Assembly (NCBI GenBank): GCA_964389655.1
Contig: CAYMED010000005.1
Coordinates: forward strand, 1 to 64,000
Direction of reading: 5' to 3'
Source of the DNA: an uncultured Candidatus Poseidoniales archaeon
Lineage (GTDB): Archaea; Thermoplasmatota; Poseidoniia; Poseidoniales; CAYMED01
DNA length: 64,000 nucleotides
Shown: positions 60,801 to 64,000 of the stretch, piece after piece
Layout: every line of letters starts with the position of its first letter
Position numbering within the stretch: the first letter of the stretch is position 1
Program-made: the position numbers and the translations under genes
The notes under the pieces: model-generated
Database searches by the model: none
Seen by the model: the letters and a program-made list of their open reading frames with translations, nothing else
What the model was told of the DNA's origin: nothing

Positions 60801-62301
60801 ATGGTCTTGGGACTTCTCGAATTGGGCCTCGGGAGAGTATATTTTCGAAATTTGGGCCTCTGACGGGGATTTCTGTGACAGAGAATCGACTGCGGACTGT
60901 CCTCCTGTCGAGTTGAAGATTAACATCCAAAACTCGAACAAGGCTCCTACCCCTCCTGAATTTGAAACAATTAATGGAAATCCGATAGGTTTCAGTGATG
61001 CCGTTGAATTTACGACCGGGCCTGCAACGTCTATCTCGGGCACGGTAACTGATCGTGATGGGGGTAATATCTCTCGAGTAATTGCAGAATATCGCTCGAA
61101 GCAGGCCGCGGTAGATGCGCCTTGGACTCAGATATACAATGTCAACCCTCCTGTTCCTCCATCGAATACTTGGTCTCTCACATGGGACACCACCAGTTTG
61201 AGTGATGCTTACACTTACGACTTACGTGTTCGCGCCTATGACGAAGATGATGCTGCGAGTGACTGGGCAATGCAATCTTTTGTCGCGTTGAAGCCAGGTG
61301 GTGGCGGTATCAATAGCCCTCCGACCTTCAACAATACGGGTTGGGAAGGTGTGCTCGAATTGATGTGTGATCCATATTCTTCTAGCAGTCAACGTTGCGG
61401 TCCAGCAGGGGAGGGCTTGATCATTGATCTGGCTAGGTTCATCGAGGATCCTGATGACGACCGTATCCAAGTTAGGCCATATATCCCTTCTGATGCAACA
61501 TCAATTGAGAAGGCAAGATATGAGTTGGTGAAGTGTACGGGGAATCTGGTATGTGTATACAATCCATCACTTGCAGCAGGAATTACTCTTGCCGAAGATA
61601 ATCTTGCAGATTGGTGGATTGAAGGATTGAGGTTTGAGTTCTCTGATCTGCTTAACGATCCCATTTATTCTGATAAAATTGATCTCAGAATTCTTGAACA
61701 ACCCTTTGTTCTCCTTCCTTCATCTGATCCCGTATCTGAAATGGGGGGCGAATATCGCGGTATTGGCCTTCCCCTTTTCGAGGTACACATCATCGTGAAT
61801 GGTTTGAAAAAGGATGAAACTCAGGTTGACAAAGATGGTTATTGGGCTTTAGAATTGCAGCGAACATGGTTAGGTGTGGGTGATAATAAGATTGAGTTCA
61901 CCTATTGGAGGCCGGAAACCAATATCGCGGAGCAAATGATTTCAGCAGATCCGATCATCATTGAAGGCGATGCAGACCGGAGTTTATTGTCGATTGCTTT
62001 CAGTGAGGAGAATGAAGTAATTTCATGGAGCATAATCGGTGTAATCTTACTTGCTCTTTTGGTCATTGCTTTCTTCGCATTCTTTGTCGAGATCGAGGAA
62101 GATGGTGCCGAACCTGACTTCCCAGATTCAACGCAACAGGGCAAGGCTCAGGATCCTTATGCATGGGCGCACCAAGCACAAGTTAGCGATGCTAGTTTAC
62201 CAGTTTCACCGGCATCTGCACCACAGGAGCAAGCTCATACTGCGCCAGGATGGCGCTGGGATCCAGTTGCAAACCAGTGGGTTCCTGACGATTCACAGTG
62301 A
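57835..62301 (+). CDS. Large surface protein: right-handed parallel beta-helix, Ig-like domains, TM, Trp-containing tail
   Basis: Repeated I.NN.I beta-helix rungs; CSDGFDNDGDLVMDLQDPDC motif; WSWSWDF / WSLTWDT Ig-like domains; TM; PGWRWDPVANQWVP tail. Confidence 0.85.
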   Translation: MMSSRPTEYRSPRKTLVMLNVLIFSALAIVLGPISSVSAATAAGEITGMETWSGTHTVTGDILIRTGAQVTIQPGTTVSMANGSSITVQGNLCIASTCASQPASAGTSHVRFIWQAPANPEAYGECYGKILSRAGTASKQVWYRDPSCGEGIILENSIDRSISIFENVTFQNAYGIPFLTKDGTIHSAALVLSGPSVDLRNIEFNQINTSNLLATDNTVANIVNSKFSVGVDENDADRGAIIAYNSGGITPFSISYSSFEGTGRGCGQGSNARSVLWSELSYVQLVGNQIPGGDYGFSFKESTGIVRENNFQVTCNGIDLMGQKLLNQVPSAMEIRENTFNSQQGSPVTAYDNAFAVIDSNKMEGAEQGSGVQVKKSIVRISNNVIGPISGFNGIWVLGQSEVVIDNNTLTGISKEPILLNEYQFRSQNAPDPKYALIENNVIDDVQGTCSGSTLTGVDEYPCPAIMVYMAAATILDNTISNTVTGIDVRGGIVDVRRNNISATGSAFLVRHYDNKDSRVAGASPNDEFAALGYFENNDLSSQAPSQAYNVTKSRVLVQSEFVPATIGQPIRLSWEGYENENVSLWPSLLPYVPASFPMDVRVQANATIFQFADLSNFDISKIQVSAGNPSPWVVQVQRSELVRMQVKINGIKVNDAAVAVKDAMGIELFNVTTDTLGFTPWISLPSDFHLDFRGNGDNPNQQVGDPGENSCSDGFDNDGDLVMDLQDPDCQGGATRELSKYNVWAYKWGVGRHDSSFTLTGFRDTTIDLSNPAPSLSVVQQDGTSFAREISVSGSAHDGTRRTTFNHDCRLLPDRCTIEQQASMGGTVERVEVQLPNTNSWIAPRYGVDTSGAPSGTGPDTVNHTNHPYSYWSFNYDMSGEQEGDYLFKFRSFDGNDYGAEVERVFKLNMEAPTVYVDTPGDGATFVAGSGSGGSSIVTFSGSATDRYSGSFGASTVDTSDISHIWIRITPPTGATEIAKTPGGRAWSWSWDFSNWASGEYIFEIWASDGDFCDRESTADCPPVELKINIQNSNKAPTPPEFETINGNPIGFSDAVEFTTGPATSISGTVTDRDGGNISRVIAEYRSKQAAVDAPWTQIYNVNPPVPPSNTWSLTWDTTSLSDAYTYDLRVRAYDEDDAASDWAMQSFVALKPGGGGINSPPTFNNTGWEGVLELMCDPYSSSSQRCGPAGEGLIIDLARFIEDPDDDRIQVRPYIPSDATSIEKARYELVKCTGNLVCVYNPSLAAGITLAEDNLADWWIEGLRFEFSDLLNDPIYSDKIDLRILEQPFVLLPSSDPVSEMGGEYRGIGLPLFEVHIIVNGLKKDETQVDKDGYWALELQRTWLGVGDNKIEFTYWRPETNIAEQMISADPIIIEGDADRSLLSIAFSEENEVISWSIIGVILLALLVIAFFAFFVEIEEDGAEPDFPDSTQQGKAQDPYAWAHQAQVSDASLPVSPASAPQEQAHTAPGWRWDPVANQWVPDDSQ

Positions 62302-62318
62302 TGTAAGAAGGTGACATA

Positions 62319-64000
62319 TTGACTCATCCAAGACTTGGGGTGCAGGAACGCATTCTTCTTCATTTGCGAGATCATGCAGACCATAGAGAATCTGTTGAAG
62401 TTCCATTCAGTGTATCACAGATGGGCATCGCAAATGCTGTCTCGATTGCTCGCAGTAACGTGCCTAGGGCTATTGCTTCTCTCAAAGATGATGGGTTATT
62501 GATTGAAAGACAAGCTCATGTAACTGGCGTGGCTCGAAAAAGGAAGGCATATTTCCTCACGGACGATGGATTGCGAGTTGCGGAAGATACTCACCAAGAT
62601 CTCGCAGTACGGCCCTTGCGAGCAATATTACCTGAGGGAAAGACCATCAATGCGACATTTGGGGAATCTCCCGATGTTCTACCTTTCCCAATGCGGCCCG
62701 TAGATATTATTCGGTATTTAGATGAAAGTGGTCTTTTAGACTTACGAAACTTAAATTCAGATCTAATTGAGCGGGATTTATCAAAAAATATTGAGAAGCA
62801 ACTTGTAACTGTTACCGGTGACCTTCCGCGCGTGCGTGCTTTCTATGGACGTGATCGAGAATTAGAGAATATGGTCTCTTTGCTTGAGGCGAGACCTACC
62901 TGTTTGCTAGTCCCGGGTATCGCAGGAATTGGGAAGACCACTTTAGCTGCAAAAATGATTGAGGCTTTTACACATAGGCGCAATCTCCTATACCATCGAT
63001 GTCAGGATTGGGAGGGCCCCCGCGCTTTCCTTGATTCAGTAGGTGACTGGTTAGTTGAAATCGGAGACCCTGCCCTATCAGACTATTTAGCTGCAACAGC
63101 AGTTCCTCGCCCAGATGAGGTCGTTCGCATTCTTTGTGGGGCATTTGCTGAGATTCCTTGCTTGATCGTGATTGATGATTATCACAAAGTCGCAGATGAT
63201 GTTTTGCACAACATTATCAGAGGTCTTGTTCTTGCACTTCCGTCTACTTCTGATATTGGATTGGTTGTATTCAGTAGATCCTTCAGGGAAGTTCTTCCGA
63301 TTAGTGATGCAGTTGGTACACTCCTGACACTCGTATTTCCTCTTGATGGCCTCGACCCAGATGCATCACGCTGTATGTTGACCTCACTTGATGAGATTGA
63401 TGATGTCCAATTTTTGCAAATTTATGGCATTACACGGGGACATCCATTGGCACTTGAACTGGTCAATCGTGGGGCTTCATCGGCAACATTTCATGGTACG
63501 CTTGAAACATACGTTGAAGCAGAGATCCTTTCGAGATTAGAGGCTGCACAAAAACGTGTTTTATCGGCCTTAGGCGTGTTTCGAGAGGCTGTGCCAGTGG
63601 ACTCTTTACCGGATGAGCCGGGCCTTGCAGATATACTAGATGAATTGGTAGATCGTGGTCTAGCCCGTGAATCGGATGATGGCGTATATGATGTCCATGA
63701 TTTAGTTCGTGAATTCGTACTTCGCTCGATTGAACCTCGAGTCCGTCGAGACTTGCATATGCAAGCTGCGAAATGGTATCATGGACACAGAAATTCACTT
63801 CCAGACACCCTGGAATACCTTCACCACCTTTCCCTTTCAGGCGATCATGATGAAGTCGCCCTCGAAATTATCGAAAGTGGGCAAGCATTGGTGCGCGCTG
63901 GGCAAATGGAGTTGGTTGAAATCATCCTCGGCCTTGATGAATCAGTGATTCAACCGCGTTCTTGGTGTGAAGTCAAATTAATCCATGGTGATTTACTAAC
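62319..64000 (+). CDS. wHTH + STAND/NB-ARC-like P-loop ATPase + probable TPR protein (3'-truncated; absent from ORF track)
   Basis: TTG start after AAGGTGA SD; manual translation gives QMGIANAVSIARSNVPRAI wHTH, FYGRDRELE, PGIAGIGKTT Walker A, IVIDDYH Walker B, GHPLALEL, VHDLVREF. Confidence 0.88.
   Translation, partial: MTHPRLGVQERILLHLRDHADHRESVEVPFSVSQMGIANAVSIARSNVPRAIASLKDDGLLIERQAHVTGVARKRKAYFLTDDGLRVAEDTHQDLAVRPLRAILPEGKTINATFGESPDVLPFPMRPVDIIRYLDESGLLDLRNLNSDLIERDLSKNIEKQLVTVTGDLPRVRAFYGRDRELENMVSLLEARPTCLLVPGIAGIGKTTLAAKMIEAFTHRRNLLYHRCQDWEGPRAFLDSVGDWLVEIGDPALSDYLAATAVPRPDEVVRILCGAFAEIPCLIVIDDYHKVADDVLHNIIRGLVLALPSTSDIGLVVFSRSFREVLPISDAVGTLLTLVFPLDGLDPDASRCMLTSLDEIDDVQFLQIYGITRGHPLALELVNRGASSATFHGTLETYVEAEILSRLEAAQKRVLSALGVFREAVPVDSLPDEPGLADILDELVDRGLARESDDGVYDVHDLVREFVLRSIEPRVRRDLHMQAAKWYHGHRNSLPDTLEYLHHLSLSGDHDEVALEIIESGQALVRAGQMELVEIILGLDESVIQPRSWCEVKLIHGDLL

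Overview
Gene-dense archaeal chromosomal segment, most likely Marine Group II/Poseidoniales (Thermoplasmatota). This assignment rests on CDP-archaeol synthase, a split GMP synthase B subunit, an AglB/STT3 oligosaccharyltransferase, archaeal tRNA-Ile2(CAT), a choice-of-anchor-T-like protein and many giant membrane-anchored Asp-rich surface proteins. No CRISPR array, rRNA, integrase or transposase was seen. Housekeeping genes (guaA-B, purE, purD, grpE, nadM, carS) are interspersed with large surface proteins. Main signals: (1) a candidate extracellular-DNA/deoxynucleotide scavenging system. It comprises a co-oriented run of membrane-anchored multi-OB-fold protein > orphan TctA-like permease > thiolase > 6x lamin-tail-domain/PLD hydrolase > thymidine phosphorylase, divergent from a SAMHD1-like dNTPase, with deoC-ALDH16 nearby. 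(2) A conserved Trp-rich cytoplasmic C-terminal module on surface proteins with different ectodomains. (3) A 3401-aa AglB. (4) An unannotated 45-codon ORF whose Shine-Dalgarno sequence sits in an anti-SD hairpin. (5) A wHTH-STAND ATPase gene, absent from the ORF track, that runs off the right edge. All functional calls come from motif recognition by eye; no searches were run.
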